A stretch of 64,000 bases of DNA from an uncultured Chloroflexia bacterium (GCA_963782955.1 CAWALJ010000007.1:44357-108356), one strand, 5' to 3'; shown: positions 7,868 to 19,576, counted from the stretch's first letter. Numbers and translations: made by a program. The notes: generated from the letters alone by a model not told the origin.

Positions 7868-10612
7868 TTAGACCGGCTCTAGTTCATCCCAATTCGGGCC
7901 GACCGATTGCTCGACCGCCAGCGGAACTTCCAGTTCGATCACGTTTTCCATGATCTGCTTCGCCAGCGTCGAGATCGCCTCGACTTCGGACCGTGGCAGC
8001 TCGAACAGGAGCTCGTCGTGCACCTGCAGCAAGATTCGTCCGCGCAGATTCTGTTCTTTCAGCGCCTTGTGCACCTGAATCATCGCGATCTTCATGATGT
8101 CCGCGGCCGATCCCTGTAGGGGCATGTTGATGGCCATGCGCTCTGCCGCCAACCGGACGTTGAAGTTGGAAGAGGTTATCTCGGGCAGATAGCGGCGGCG
8201 GCCGAACATACTCTGAACGTAACCCTGACTTGCCGCTTCCTGCTTGGTTCGGTCCAAGAACTCGCGAACGCCCGGCAGTCGCGCCATGTAGCGGTCGATG
8301 AACTGCTGCGCTTCCGATCGGCTCATTCCGGTATCTCGTGAGAGCCCGAAGGCCTGCATCCCGTACATGATGCCGAAGTTCACCGTCTTGGCGACGCGCC
8401 GCATGTCTGACGTCACGTCCTTGATATCCACGCCAAAGACATCGGCGGCGGTGGCGGAGTGGATATCCTGGCCATCACGGAATGCCTTCAGCAGTGTCTC
8501 ATCTTCGCTGAGGTGCGCCATCAGCCGTAACTCGATCTGACTGTAGTCGGCGGAGAGAAAGACGGCGTCTTCGTCCCATGGACGTCGACCCGGTCGATTA
8601 TCGGCGATGAACGCGCGTCGGACGCTACGCCCGATTCCGGTGCGTACCGGAATATTCTGCAGGTTTGGATCGGTGGAACTGAGTCGGCCCGTCGCCGCGA
8701 TCGTTTGGTTGTAGGAGGTATGTACCCGCCCGGTTTTCGGATTCACCTGTGCCGGCAACGCGTCGACGTAGGTCGATTTGAGCTTCAGAAGTTGCCGATA
8801 CTCCAGAATCGCTCCAACCATCGGGTGGGCGTCGCGCAGACCCTCCAGCACATCCTGGCTCACCGAGAAGCCGGTCTTGGTGCGCCTCCCAGTGGGCAGG
8901 TTCAAATCTTCAAACAGGATCTTCCCCAGCTGTTTGGTCGAGTTGATGTTGAACTCTTCCCCGGCATGGTGGTAGATCTCCGTCTCCAGTTCACCGATCT
9001 GGCTCGAAAGCTGGGAGGAGAGTTGCTCGAGGAACTCGACGTCAACGGCAATGCCCGTCTGCTCCATATCGAGCAATACGTCGATCAACGGAAGCTCGAT
9101 GGTCTTGAACAGCTCCATCTGTCCGCGCTCTTCAAGCTCAGGACCGAGCTGGTTGACGAGCAAGTAGGTAGCCTCGACGTCCCCGCATGCGTAATCGGAC
9201 GCTTGTTGCACATCGGTTTGGTCCATCGTGATCTGCGATCGACCTCGGCCGATGAGCTCGGTAATCTCGGTCATCTCGATACCTAGGCGAGTGAACGCAA
9301 GTTGTTTCAACCCGACGGAAGAGTCTCCGAGAAGGTAGGCGGCGATCATCGAATCGAAATCGATGTGCGGTCGGACGAACTTCGCTTGTTCTACGACGAG
9401 CGCATCGTATTTCCCGTTGTGCGCGTAAAACGCGGGTTTGGCATTCGCAAAAATGGGGGCAAACGCCTTGCGAAGATCCTCCTCGTCCAGTTCGCCGTCG
9501 TGATTTACGTGACGAACCGGTATGTAATAGCTGCGCTCGGGCGATGTAGCGAGAGCTATCCCGACCAGATCGGCGCGCATCGGATCGGTGTCGGTAGTCT
9601 CGACGTCAAATGCGACCGCGTCCGATGCCTGCATTTCCTTCACCAGGCTATCGAGCTGTGAACGCTGGGTGACCACGGTTCGGGTTGCCTCGACGATCTC
9701 TGGGGGCGGGGAGGACTCGTCAGCGGCATCAGGTAGCTTAGTTACGAGGGTGCGGAATTCGAGCACACGGAACAGTTCGATGACGTCGTCACGGTTGAAG
9801 TCGGCGAGCAGGCAGGCATCCAGGTCAATGTCTAGGTCGACGTTGCGCACGATCGTGGCCAGCTCGCGACCCGCGAGTGCCTGATCGTAGTTCTCTCCGA
9901 AGGAGTTTCGCGCGCGGGTGGGCGTTATCTCGTCAACATGCTCGTGCATCTCTTCGAGGGATGTAAACCTCTGAATCAGTGCAGTTGCCGTTTTGGCGCC
10001 GATTCCCGGTACTCCGGGGATGTTGTCGGACGTGTCTCCTACCAGAGCCTTGTACTCGGGAATTCGCTCGGGATCGAATTGATAGCGATCGATGACGGCC
10101 GCTCGGTCGTAGACACGGTAATCGCCAAATCGTTGACGGCCAGGGAGGATGATTTGAACGTCACCGTCGACCAGTTGCAGCAGGTCGCTGTCGCCAGTCA
10201 CGATGAGCACTTGCATCTTCTTGCCACCAGCCAGCCTGGCAATCGTGCCGATAACGTCGTCGGCTTCGAAACCTTCCTTGGTGTAGACCGGAATGTTGAG
10301 CGCTTCGAGCACCGCGAAGATCCGATGCATCTGGTCGCGCATGCTGTCCGGCATGGGTGCGCGTTGGGCCTTGTACCCTTCGAAGGCCTCATGACGAAAT
10401 GTCTTGCCGACATCAAAGCTCACCACGACATAATCCGGATGATGTTGACCAATGGCGTCGAGGAGCATGGACGTGAATCCGAAGACCGCGTTGATCTGTT
10501 CGCCTGATGACGTGGTCATGGTCTCAGGCAGGGCATGAAAGGCTCGAAACGCGAGGCCGTATCCGTCGACGAGCATGATCGAGCGACCAGCAGGGTCGGT
10601 GGCTGATTTCAT
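7868..10612 (-). CDS. polA: DNA polymerase I
   Basis: 914 aa. 5'-nuclease N-terminus (LVDGYGLAFRAFHA), a proofreading-exonuclease-like middle domain, pol motif A DYSQIELR and motif C QVHDELLFE. Confidence 0.95.
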   Translation of the reverse strand: MKSATDPAGRSIMLVDGYGLAFRAFHALPETMTTSSGEQINAVFGFTSMLLDAIGQHHPDYVVVSFDVGKTFRHEAFEGYKAQRAPMPDSMRDQMHRIFAVLEALNIPVYTKEGFEADDVIGTIARLAGGKKMQVLIVTGDSDLLQLVDGDVQIILPGRQRFGDYRVYDRAAVIDRYQFDPERIPEYKALVGDTSDNIPGVPGIGAKTATALIQRFTSLEEMHEHVDEITPTRARNSFGENYDQALAGRELATIVRNVDLDIDLDACLLADFNRDDVIELFRVLEFRTLVTKLPDAADESSPPPEIVEATRTVVTQRSQLDSLVKEMQASDAVAFDVETTDTDPMRADLVGIALATSPERSYYIPVRHVNHDGELDEEDLRKAFAPIFANAKPAFYAHNGKYDALVVEQAKFVRPHIDFDSMIAAYLLGDSSVGLKQLAFTRLGIEMTEITELIGRGRSQITMDQTDVQQASDYACGDVEATYLLVNQLGPELEERGQMELFKTIELPLIDVLLDMEQTGIAVDVEFLEQLSSQLSSQIGELETEIYHHAGEEFNINSTKQLGKILFEDLNLPTGRRTKTGFSVSQDVLEGLRDAHPMVGAILEYRQLLKLKSTYVDALPAQVNPKTGRVHTSYNQTIAATGRLSSTDPNLQNIPVRTGIGRSVRRAFIADNRPGRRPWDEDAVFLSADYSQIELRLMAHLSEDETLLKAFRDGQDIHSATAADVFGVDIKDVTSDMRRVAKTVNFGIMYGMQAFGLSRDTGMSRSEAQQFIDRYMARLPGVREFLDRTKQEAASQGYVQSMFGRRRYLPEITSSNFNVRLAAERMAINMPLQGSAADIMKIAMIQVHKALKEQNLRGRILLQVHDELLFELPRSEVEAISTLAKQIMENVIELEVPLAVEQSVGPNWDELEPV

Positions 10613-10860
10613 TATGAGAAGGCTCCTCTCTGCGTCTGTGAATTATAGCCGGGACTCCTCTTGCAGTCGCCCGAATCCTCCAGGATGCGTGATGTACTGA
10701 CCGATGATCGCGTCTGCCGTCTGCGCGATGGCAGTCCGTTCGTGTTGACGCGCCTGGATTGTGGAGGAGAAGCCATCGAACCAACTTTCGATCAACATAC
10801 ATCCAAACCAGAGAAACCCACGTATGGTGGGTAGAGAAACCTATCAAATCCGCGTGAGAT

Positions 10861-10869
10861 TGATATAAT
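10861..10869 (+). promoter_or_regulatory. extended -10 element TGaTATAAT, candidate promoter for the moxR operon
   Basis: tgatataat read directly. About 200 nt upstream of the moxR start; no convincing -35. Confidence 0.35.
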
Positions 10870-11067
10870 CCGGGGAAACGACCTGATCGTACTAATCGAG
10901 GATGCTTGGTGAAGTTCTGTCAGTGGTCTCCGACGCACCTCCACTTCGAATCTGACTATGGCAGGTGAGGGACCAAGCCAGGTGACACCAATCGTGCCGC
11001 AAGCCGCAGTGGACGCTCCGCTCGAGGGGTCGAGTGGATGCACCTTCCACGGCGGGAAGGGAGCATC

Positions 11068-12066
11068 ATGGACTCCGCCGAGGCGTTAGCTGAACGCATT
11101 GTCCGCAACGTCGAGACGGTCATCGTCGGAAAGCGTCAGGAAGTCCAACTCGTGCTCGTCGCGCTGCTGTGCCGAGGACACGTGCTGGTCGAAGATGTTC
11201 CTGGCGTCGGGAAGACGATGCTGGCCAAAGCAATCGCCCGCAGCATTGGCTGCACCTTCAAGCGCATTCAGTTCACACCAGACCTTCTCCCGAGTGACGT
11301 CACCGGCGTAAGTATCTTCAATCAGCAGTCTGGCCAGTTCGAGTATCGTCCGGGCCCGGTCGTTGCGCAGATCGTGTTGGCCGACGAGATCAACCGTGCA
11401 ACTCCGAAGACTCAGTCCTCATTGCTTGAATCGATGGAAGAGGGCCAGGTCACGGTCGACGGGATCACTCACATGCTTCCCAATCCCTTCATCGTGCTCG
11501 CAACTGAAAACCCGATCGAATACGAAGGCACGTTCCCACTCCCGGAAGCGCAACTCGACCGGTTCTTGATTCGAATTTCGCTTGGCTATCCCGGTCACCG
11601 GGGAGAAATCGAAATCCTCAACCGCCAGCACTTTCAGCATCCGATTGAGCGCCTGGAGCAAGCGGTCGACGTCGAGGAACTTGTTGCCGCGCAGCAGGCG
11701 GTGCGCCAGGTGCACGTCGACGACTCGCTCAAGGAGTACATCGTCTCGATCGTCGAGGCGACCCGCGAGCATGACGACGTTTACCTTGGAGCCGGTCCGC
11801 GCGGGTCGCTCGCCCTTTACAACACCGCTCGCGCCTGGGCTGCCATGTCGGGTCGCGACTATGTGATTCCCGACGACATCAAAGCACTCGCCGGTCCGAC
11901 GTTGTCACATCGTGTGATCGTCAGCCCAGGCGCGCGCATGAAGAACGTCGATGGGCGTATGGTCATTCGTGAGATCCTCATGTCCACTGGAGTCCCGGGG
12001 TCGCGCCCAGTCACCCATGAACCGGAACGGTCCCGCGGCTGGCGAGGAATTGGCTCATCGTCGTGA
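11068..12066 (+). CDS. MoxR-family AAA+ ATPase
   Basis: Walker A DVPGVGKT and Walker [20 protein letters not shown]. Start at ATG 11068 with a GGGAG SD. Confidence 0.9.
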   Translation: MDSAEALAERIVRNVETVIVGKRQEVQLVLVALLCRGHVLVEDVPGVGKTMLAKAIARSIGCTFKRIQFTPDLLPSDVTGVSIFNQQSGQFEYRPGPVVAQIVLADEINRATPKTQSSLLESMEEGQVTVDGITHMLPNPFIVLATENPIEYEGTFPLPEAQLDRFLIRISLGYPGHRGEIEILNRQHFQHPIERLEQAVDVEELVAAQQAVRQVHVDDSLKEYIVSIVEATREHDDVYLGAGPRGSLALYNTARAWAAMSGRDYVIPDDIKALAGPTLSHRVIVSPGARMKNVDGRMVIREILMSTGVPGSRPVTHEPERSRGWRGIGSSS

Positions 12067-13340
12067 ATGGTGTAAAGCTCCTCGTTCTGATCATCGTTGT
12101 GCTGCTGCTGGCGCAGCTCAACCAATGGGACGTGCTCGAGAAGATCTTCTTCGTGCTGAGCGCTCTGTTGGTTGCGACGTTCGCCTGGAGCCGGATTAGC
12201 CTTCGCGGGTTGGTCGTCACGCGTGAGACACGTGCAGACAGGGCGCAGGTTGGTCAGACGCTGGTTGAGCGCATCCGTGTCGAGAATCGCAGCCGGTTGG
12301 CGAAGCTGTGGCTCGAGGTGGCGGATCACTCAGATCTGCCGGGCCATCTGATGAGCCGGGTCGTACACCTCGGACCGAACGACGCTCGGCGTTGGAGAGT
12401 CGAAACATGGTGCTCGCGTCGTGGCCGCTTTCACATTGGCCCACTAACGCTGAAAGCCGGGGATCCGTTCGACCTTTTCCCGAAAGAGCGGCTTGTGCCG
12501 CACGTTCAGGAACTTCTCGTCTATCCAGCCACGGTCGATCTGAGCGGATTCAGGCTGCCGGTCGGCGATCTTCCCGGCGGTAACTCCCTGCAGCGTCGAA
12601 CGCCGTTCGTGACGCCGAACGCATCCGGCGTGCGCCAGTACGCTCCGGGGGATAGCTTCAATCGAATTTCATGGTCAGCTACGGCACGAACGGGCCAGTT
12701 GATGGTCAAGGAGTTCGAGCTCGATCCAACGGCGGACGTATGGGTGGTGCTCGATCTCGAGGCGCGACACCACGTTCGCGCCCGTGGCATCAGTCCGGAC
12801 ATCGGCGATAACTACACCAGCATGCGGGATATCCCGCTGTCGTTTTGGCTCGACTCCACCGAAGAGTATGCGGTCACCATTGCCGCGTCGTTGGCCCATC
12901 ACTTCCTCGATCAAAACCGCACCGTCGGTATGATCGTGAACAACAGCCAACCAACTGTCATACCAACCGATCGCGGCGCGCGACAGATGGTGAAGATCTT
13001 GGAACTCTTGACCGTCATTCACGCGGACGGAACTCAACCGATCGAAGAGACCCTCCTGGCGGAGGGAGCGCTCTTCTCGCGTAACAGCACCGTGGTCATA
13101 ATCACACCTTCAACCGACGAACGCTGGTCGGCCGCCGTGATGGAACTGGTAGCGCGCCACGCGCGAGTTGTGTCAGTGGTCGTTGAACCAAGTACTTTCG
13201 GCGGCCGGGATAGTAGCTTGCTCGTGGTCAGCGATCTGGCGGCGATCGGCGTTCCGAGCTATCTCGTCAAATATGGCGACGACATCAGTCGAGCGCTGAC
13301 CACCCAGGGACAATCGACTCCGTTCAAGCGGACGGTCTAG
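12063..13340 (+). CDS. DUF58-family protein (VWA-like partner of MoxR) with N-terminal TM segment
   Basis: [30 protein letters not shown] is the DUF58 signature. GTGA start/stop overlap with moxR. Confidence 0.8.
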   Translation: MNGVKLLVLIIVVLLLAQLNQWDVLEKIFFVLSALLVATFAWSRISLRGLVVTRETRADRAQVGQTLVERIRVENRSRLAKLWLEVADHSDLPGHLMSRVVHLGPNDARRWRVETWCSRRGRFHIGPLTLKAGDPFDLFPKERLVPHVQELLVYPATVDLSGFRLPVGDLPGGNSLQRRTPFVTPNASGVRQYAPGDSFNRISWSATARTGQLMVKEFELDPTADVWVVLDLEARHHVRARGISPDIGDNYTSMRDIPLSFWLDSTEEYAVTIAASLAHHFLDQNRTVGMIVNNSQPTVIPTDRGARQMVKILELLTVIHADGTQPIEETLLAEGALFSRNSTVVIITPSTDERWSAAVMELVARHARVVSVVVEPSTFGGRDSSLLVVSDLAAIGVPSYLVKYGDDISRALTTQGQSTPFKRTV

Positions 13341-13434
13341 TTACACCGTGCCAGGCTCGCCGCGAACGGGTTGCAGTTTCCTCGAGACTACCTGAAATCG
13401 CAACGGCACCGGTCACAATCGCCAGGGACGTAAC

Positions 13435-16116
13435 ATGCATCGCTTCGCACTTCGAGAAGGCTGGTCGACATTTCTGCTCATCGCGTTGGTCGTTTTCACG
13501 GCCACCTGGTCGACACAATCGGCCGACTGGACTGACGGGCTCGGGATCCTGACCGCGGTCACTCTCGTTGGCCTGCTCACGGGTTTGCTGCTGTCACAGA
13601 TTGAACGCATTCCGCCATTCGTGGCGCACATGACAGCGCTGGCAATCGGCACGGTCATCGTCATGTATGAGATGACCAACTTCCTCAGCGACAACATCGG
13701 CGGCCGAGGGGCAAAGCTGCATTATCTCTGGTCGCGCTGGGTGCAGTGGTACACCGCTATCTCCCATGGACAGCATGCCGAAGACTTGTACCTCTTCGTA
13801 CTGATGATGGCCGCATTGCTCTTTATCTTGAGTTACACCTCGGTCTGGTTCGTCTTCCGCTCGCGCTGGATCTGGCTGTCGCTTCTCCTACCAGCCGTGG
13901 TGCTCTTCATGAACCTGGGTTATTCGCTCAAGGTTCCGACTGCCCTCGTTATCGTCTACCTGTTCGCCGCGATTCTTCTGATGATGCGTTTCAGCTTCTC
14001 GCGCAAGTTCGACGAATGGCGACGGAATGGGACGCCATTCCCGGATAACCTCGTCTGGCGCGGGCTGTGGACGGCCAGTTATATGTCGCTGGCCGTCATC
14101 GTCGTTGGCTGGGCGATCCCGATCTCGACGCAGAATCAGACTATTCATGACGCTTGGGAGCATGTGAACGGTCCCTGGGTGCACGTGGAAAACACCTTCA
14201 ACAACTGGTTCGGCTCGTTGCGTGGCCCGGGCACCGTTGGCAATGTTGGAGGGTTCGCGAGCTTTGGTGACTCGTTCCAGGTTGGTGGACCACTGCACCT
14301 GAGCAACCAGCCGGTCGTACTGGTGAAAGGAAGCTCCGCGCCGTATCTTGCGGCTCACCGCTACGACTACTTCGACGGCACCGGCTGGAAGTCGGACATC
14401 GCCACCACCTATCAGTCGGGAAGCGGCACAGGCGGAACGTCGCCCTTGCTCTCGTATGAGGCGGGCGCGAACATCCCGATTCCAGTTTCGACGGAATCAG
14501 GAACGACGACCGAAAAATACACGGTTCAGATCTTGAGTCCTCGCGGTGCGATTATCTACTCGCCTGGACAGCTTCAGTCAGTGACTGAGCCGACGCAGAT
14601 TCAGGTTGCCTGGCACACATACTCGCGCCAGCCGCTCGCCGTAAAGACGGCCACCGTGAGCAACACTCCGCCACTTCTCTGGCCGCTCGTCCAGGCGTTG
14701 CAGGCCGCTCAGTTTTCGCCTGCACCTGTCGAGGCGACACCGACCCCAGTGGCATCCGCGACGGCGACAGGTGATGCCACGCCCGCATCGACTCCAACAC
14801 CCGAGCCAACGCCGACCGCAACCGGTACACCGACCGAGACGGTGCAGATTGGCGTCGGCAAGGAGATGATCATCGATCCTGCCGAACTGCAAGCCATCCG
14901 AAGCGCACAGGATTCGCTGGACTCTCATTCGATTCAGACCAGCTATGACGTTGGGTCTGACTACAAAGTGGACACGCTGTACTTCACCGGACCATTACCG
15001 GTTTACTCCGACATCGAAGCCGTCTTTGCCCAGAATGGCGTGGGTAGTGGCGACAGTTACGACATCACAGCAGTGGTCAGCAATGCGACCGCCGAGCAGT
15101 TGCGTGGCGCTGGAACCAACTATCCGGTCGAGATCACCAGCCGCTATCTGGAGCTTCCTCCAACGGTGACCGATCGGACCAAGGCACTCGCCGAGCAGCT
15201 TGCACAGGGAAAGAACACCCCCTACGACGTGGCGGCTTCGATCGAGACGTATCTGCGCACCTATAAGTACAACGAGAACGTCGGGGTGCCGCCGAAGGGG
15301 CAGGATGCCGTCGACTGGTTCCTGTTCGATGAGAAGCAGGGCTATTGCACGTTCTACGCGTCGGCCATGATCGAGATGCTGCGCGTGCTTCACATTCCCA
15401 GCCGAATCGCCGTTGGCTTTTATCCGGCGAAGTTCGACAGCTCGCAGGGTGGCTATCTGTACCGAGATTCCAACGCGCACGCCTGGGTTGAAGTCTATTT
15501 TCCGACCTATGGTTGGGTGCCGTTCGAACCGACTGCTGCCCGCGCTGCCATCAGTCGAGAACCCGCAACGCCGGTCTCGTCGAACTCGAGCGCGTCCGCA
15601 CCGGCAAATACCGGCGGCAACGGACTCGGGGACAGCCAGCGGCTGCTTGACGAGAATCAGTTTGGTGGCGGAGGAACTGGAGTCTTCATCGCGCCAAAAC
15701 CTCAAACCACTCTCTTTGATTGGGTCGTGCGAGTCATGGTCGTGGTACTTCTCGCCATCGTGGGTTTCATGTCCTACCTATGGCTGCGAGGTATGCGAGG
15801 TCTCTCACCGACGACCCAGCTCTTCACGAAGGCACAACGCAGCGCCAGTTGGGGTGGTGTGCCCGTTCAGAGCTCAATGACCCCCTATGAGTACGCCTCG
15901 ATGATCGGGGATCGTGTGCCCGGCTCGCGCCAGCACGTCAAGTATCTGGCAGATCTGTACGTCCGCGAGCGGTACGGCTCTCAGTCGCCGGACGCTCAGG
16001 AGATGGGTCGCGCCCGACACGCCTGGTTGCGATTGCGTGGTCTGATGGTGCGCTATCTCTTGTTTGGCCGATGGCGCCGGTCAATCGCGCCGATGCACGT
16101 TGTCGACGATGAGTAG
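13435..16116 (+). CDS. polytopic membrane transglutaminase-like protein (TgpA-like)
   Basis: About 6 N-terminal TM helices, a PT-rich linker, and a transglutaminase core QGYCTFYASAM...AHAWVEVYF...WVPFEPT. One more TM helix and a C-terminal cytoplasmic tail follow. Confidence 0.85.
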   Translation: MHRFALREGWSTFLLIALVVFTATWSTQSADWTDGLGILTAVTLVGLLTGLLLSQIERIPPFVAHMTALAIGTVIVMYEMTNFLSDNIGGRGAKLHYLWSRWVQWYTAISHGQHAEDLYLFVLMMAALLFILSYTSVWFVFRSRWIWLSLLLPAVVLFMNLGYSLKVPTALVIVYLFAAILLMMRFSFSRKFDEWRRNGTPFPDNLVWRGLWTASYMSLAVIVVGWAIPISTQNQTIHDAWEHVNGPWVHVENTFNNWFGSLRGPGTVGNVGGFASFGDSFQVGGPLHLSNQPVVLVKGSSAPYLAAHRYDYFDGTGWKSDIATTYQSGSGTGGTSPLLSYEAGANIPIPVSTESGTTTEKYTVQILSPRGAIIYSPGQLQSVTEPTQIQVAWHTYSRQPLAVKTATVSNTPPLLWPLVQALQAAQFSPAPVEATPTPVASATATGDATPASTPTPEPTPTATGTPTETVQIGVGKEMIIDPAELQAIRSAQDSLDSHSIQTSYDVGSDYKVDTLYFTGPLPVYSDIEAVFAQNGVGSGDSYDITAVVSNATAEQLRGAGTNYPVEITSRYLELPPTVTDRTKALAEQLAQGKNTPYDVAASIETYLRTYKYNENVGVPPKGQDAVDWFLFDEKQGYCTFYASAMIEMLRVLHIPSRIAVGFYPAKFDSSQGGYLYRDSNAHAWVEVYFPTYGWVPFEPTAARAAISREPATPVSSNSSASAPANTGGNGLGDSQRLLDENQFGGGGTGVFIAPKPQTTLFDWVVRVMVVVLLAIVGFMSYLWLRGMRGLSPTTQLFTKAQRSASWGGVPVQSSMTPYEYASMIGDRVPGSRQHVKYLADLYVRERYGSQSPDAQEMGRARHAWLRLRGLMVRYLLFGRWRRSIAPMHVVDDE

Positions 16117-17032
16117 GATCGCTGTCGTCGGGAGCATCAACACCGATTTCGTGGTTCGCACCGGGCGCTTTCCGCGTCCCGGAGAGACGATTCTTGGGGA
16201 TTCGTTCGCCGTCTATGGCGGCGGCAAAGGTGCGAACCAGGCCATTGCGGCGGCGCGCCTCGGTGCGAACGTCGAGTTCTTCGGCGCCGTCGGTACCGAC
16301 GCGAATAGCGCTGAACGTCTGGCTGCCTTACGTGCAGACGGGGTAGGTACGACGAATGTCGTCGAAATCGACGGATTCGGTGGTGTCGCGGTCATCGAGG
16401 TAGAAGAAGCGAGCGGTCAGAACTCCATCGTGTTGGTGCCAGGTGCTAATGGTCAGGTGACCGTTGATCGTGTCAGAGCGCCGCTTCGAAATTGGGGTTC
16501 AGTGAATGACGTCGTTTGCTTGCAGCTTGAGATCCCGCTGGAGACCGTGGAAATGGCGTTGACCATGGGGCGAGCATGCGGCGCTCTGAATGTGCTGAAC
16601 GCCGCACCTTTAGACCCCCGCATCGCCTCGACGCTCGGCCTTGTCGATGTGCTGATCGTTAACGAGATAGAGGCGGGCCAGCTTCTGGGCCGTGGGCCGG
16701 TGAAAGTCGACGAAGTTGCGGCTGTCGCCTCACGTCTGCGGGAACTTGGGGTCCGCGATGCGGTGATTGTCACGCTCGGCGATCGCGGAGCGTGGCTGAG
16801 CGACGACGATTCGAACGAATTGATTCCCGCGCGAAGGGTACCGGTGGTGGACACGACGGGTGCGGGAGATGCCTTTTGTGGCGCGTTCTGTGCATGGCAA
16901 GCTCGTGGATCGACTCGACTGGATGCCGTCAAGGTTGCGGCCATTGTCGGATCACTCTCGGTGCAGAAACCTGGCGCTCAGCCCTCGTTGCCCACACTGA
17001 ACGAGTTGAAGGAGGCGCTCTCCGGTGCGTAA
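16109..17032 (+). CDS. rbsK: ribokinase / PfkB-family sugar kinase
   Basis: VVGSINTDF, GGKGANQA and DTTGAGDAF motifs. ATG 16109 overlaps the transglutaminase stop by 8 nt. Confidence 0.85.
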   Translation: MSRIAVVGSINTDFVVRTGRFPRPGETILGDSFAVYGGGKGANQAIAAARLGANVEFFGAVGTDANSAERLAALRADGVGTTNVVEIDGFGGVAVIEVEEASGQNSIVLVPGANGQVTVDRVRAPLRNWGSVNDVVCLQLEIPLETVEMALTMGRACGALNVLNAAPLDPRIASTLGLVDVLIVNEIEAGQLLGRGPVKVDEVAAVASRLRELGVRDAVIVTLGDRGAWLSDDDSNELIPARRVPVVDTTGAGDAFCGAFCAWQARGSTRLDAVKVAAIVGSLSVQKPGAQPSLPTLNELKEALSGA

Positions 17033-17164
17033 TCCCTCAACCACATCGCGAATTCAAACTCGTTACGTAGGTGCAAATATTCTGACACCGCTGGACTGAG
17101 TGTCGGTCGGACCAATCGCTCGACAACATTCAGAGAAAACGTCATTGGTCGATCACCGACTGGC

Positions 17165-17199
17165 AAATAAAAAGGGCCGAGGAGATGTCTCCTCGACCC
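17165..17199 (-). terminator. rho-independent terminator of the pyrophosphatase gene
   Basis: Minus strand reads GGGTCGAGGAG-ACAT-CTCCTCGGCCC followed by TTTTTATTT. Confidence 0.75.
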
Positions 17200-17229
17200 T
17201 CGCTGTTTGCATTTCGTCGTAGGCTTCGC

Positions 17230-19308
17230 CTACCACCTCAGGGCGACGACGAGCAGCAGTGCCACAATGTTGACGATCTTGATCATCGGGTTGATGGCAG
17301 GTCCGGCAGTGTCCTTGTACGGATCTCCGACCGTGTCGCCAGTGACCGAAGCCTGATGCGCGAAGCTGCCCTTGCCGCCATATGCGCCCGCTTCGATACT
17401 CTTCTTGGCGTTGTCCCAGGCGGCGCCTCCGGTCGTCATCGAGATGGCGACGAAGAGCCCGGTAACGATCGAACCGATGAGCATTCCGCCGACAGCTGCC
17501 TTACCGAGGGTGACGCCGATAACGATTGGCGTAAGGACCGGCAGTAGTGCCGGAACCATCATCTCACGCAGTGCACGCCGCGTAACGATGTCGACTGCCC
17601 GCCCATACTCGGGTTTGGCTGTTCCCTCGAGAATGCCGGGAATCTCCTTGAACTGCCGTCGTACTTCCTGCACGACCGAACTTCCGGCGCGTCCGACGGC
17701 ATCCATCAAGATGGAGCCAAAGAAGTAGGGAAGCGCAGCACCGATAAACAACCCGATAACCACGTCCGGGTTGCGCAGGTCGAAGGTGATGTTCCCGGAG
17801 ATTTCGAGGAAGTAGGAGGCGAACAGCACCAGAGCGGCCAGACCGGCGGAGCCAATGGCATATGCCTTGGTGATCGCCTTGGTCGTGTTGCCGACTGCGT
17901 CCAGTTCGTCGGTAACGTCACGGATTTCCTCAGGAAGTTCCGCCATCTCGGCGATGCCGCCTGCGTTGTCGGTGATTGGACCGAAGGAATCGATGGCAAC
18001 GATAATTCCGGTCATCGAGAGCATTGACATTGCAGCCAGTGCGATGCCGTAAAGACCTGTCCCTGTGCTGGAAGCGCCCGCCTCAGATGTGAGGTTGAAA
18101 GCGATGTAGATAGCCGACGAGATCAGAATGATCGGCAGCGCCGTTGAGCGCATCGAGACGCCAAGACCGGCAATGATGTTGGTGCCATGCCCGGACTCAG
18201 ACGCAGCGGCGATTTGCTTGACCGGTGAGTACTTCATCGACGTGTAGTATTCGGTGATCAGCACGAAGCCAAGAGTGACGATAATGCCGATGGTCGCCGC
18301 CAGGAACAGTTTCAACGTCGCGGGAAGCGTGAATGTTGCGTCGAACATGGTGATCGAGTTGCCCGTGATCGTGCTGTTGCCGTGCATCACCCAATAGGTG
18401 AGTGGGAAGAAGGCCGCGGCAGCCAGAATAATGGCCGAGATCAGCCCCTTGTAGAGTGCTCGCATGATCGATCCGCTCGCATCCAAACGGACGAAGAAGG
18501 TACCGATGATCGACGTCACGATCGACGCCGCTCCGAGGACGAGCGGGAAAACGACCGCAGTTTCACTGTGGAAAACGAGATGACCGAGCAGCATCGCCGC
18601 GACGGCCGTCACCGCGTAGGTCTCGAACAGGTCGGCCGCCATGCCGGCGCAGTCACCGACGTTGTCCCCGACGTTGTCGGCGATGACGCCCGGATTGCGC
18701 GGGTCATCTTCGGGAATGCCGGCCTCGACCTTACCAACAAGGTCGGTGCCGACGTCGGCCGCTTTGGTATAGATGCCACCGCCGATGCGGGCAAAGACCG
18801 AGATCAGGCTTCCGCCGAAACCCAGGCCGACCAGTGGCGCGGTATCACGAACGATTGCATAGAAGATTGAAACGGAGAGAAGGCCCAGGCCAACGACGAA
18901 TAGGCCCGTGACGCTGCCACCGCGGAAGGCCACGTCGAGCGCGGGTCCAAGACCAGAGCGCGCCGCCTGAGCGGTGCGGATATTCGAGCGAACGGCTACG
19001 CTCATGCCGACAAAGCCTGCCGTCGCCGACGCCGTCGCGCCCACCAGGAATCCGATCGCCGTACTGATATCCAGCGCGAATGCCAGAATGATGGCGACCA
19101 CCACTGCGACGATAGCCACCAACTGATACTGGCGAGCCATATAGGCGCTCGCGCCCTCTTGAATTGCTGAGGCGATCTCTTTCATCCGCTCGTTGCCATC
19201 CGGGCGCGACAGCACCCAACGGACGAGAAACGCCCCATAGATCAGCGCCAGCGCGCCTGCGGCGATGGCCACCGTCAACGCAATGGCTACGGTGTTGGAA
19301 CTGGACAC
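17230..19308 (-). CDS. hppA: membrane-bound proton-translocating pyrophosphatase, probably the K+-independent type
   Basis: [14 protein letters not shown] and DNVGDNVGD motifs. [16 protein letters not shown] carries Lys where K+-dependent enzymes have Ala (recalled rule). Start set at GTG 19308 with a GGAGG SD, rather than 19401. Confidence 0.9.
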   Translation of the reverse strand: MSSSNTVAIALTVAIAAGALALIYGAFLVRWVLSRPDGNERMKEIASAIQEGASAYMARQYQLVAIVAVVVAIILAFALDISTAIGFLVGATASATAGFVGMSVAVRSNIRTAQAARSGLGPALDVAFRGGSVTGLFVVGLGLLSVSIFYAIVRDTAPLVGLGFGGSLISVFARIGGGIYTKAADVGTDLVGKVEAGIPEDDPRNPGVIADNVGDNVGDCAGMAADLFETYAVTAVAAMLLGHLVFHSETAVVFPLVLGAASIVTSIIGTFFVRLDASGSIMRALYKGLISAIILAAAAFFPLTYWVMHGNSTITGNSITMFDATFTLPATLKLFLAATIGIIVTLGFVLITEYYTSMKYSPVKQIAAASESGHGTNIIAGLGVSMRSTALPIILISSAIYIAFNLTSEAGASSTGTGLYGIALAAMSMLSMTGIIVAIDSFGPITDNAGGIAEMAELPEEIRDVTDELDAVGNTTKAITKAYAIGSAGLAALVLFASYFLEISGNITFDLRNPDVVIGLFIGAALPYFFGSILMDAVGRAGSSVVQEVRRQFKEIPGILEGTAKPEYGRAVDIVTRRALREMMVPALLPVLTPIVIGVTLGKAAVGGMLIGSIVTGLFVAISMTTGGAAWDNAKKSIEAGAYGGKGSFAHQASVTGDTVGDPYKDTAGPAINPMIKIVNIVALLLVVALRW

Positions 19309-19576
19309 AGAACCTCCACTCCCCCGAACAACGTTCTTGGCATTCCAAGCTCCCCCGGGATCATTTCGTTCACGCCGCCCATCTGGCGGCATTTCCCACA
19401 CACAAAGATGCGCGGAACACTGTCTACGTTAGCCCGGCGCTCCGCGCGTTGAATATTACCCTTTTCAACCCCAGGAAGCCCGTCGAATTCAACAATTCAC
19501 GACGAAGCACACCCAGACCAGATCAACCCGACGGCGCGAACACGCATGCTCGGTAAGTCGGATTCGAGTCGCGCCT

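Noticed and set aside
10870-11067. Cobalamin-like riboswitch (GGTGAAG...CAGTGG) in the moxR leader
   Set aside because: Only two short, loosely similar strings are present. There is no B12-box context and no functional link to MoxR.
14995-15705. 236-aa minus-strand ORF
   Set aside because: It is antisense to the transglutaminase core domain.
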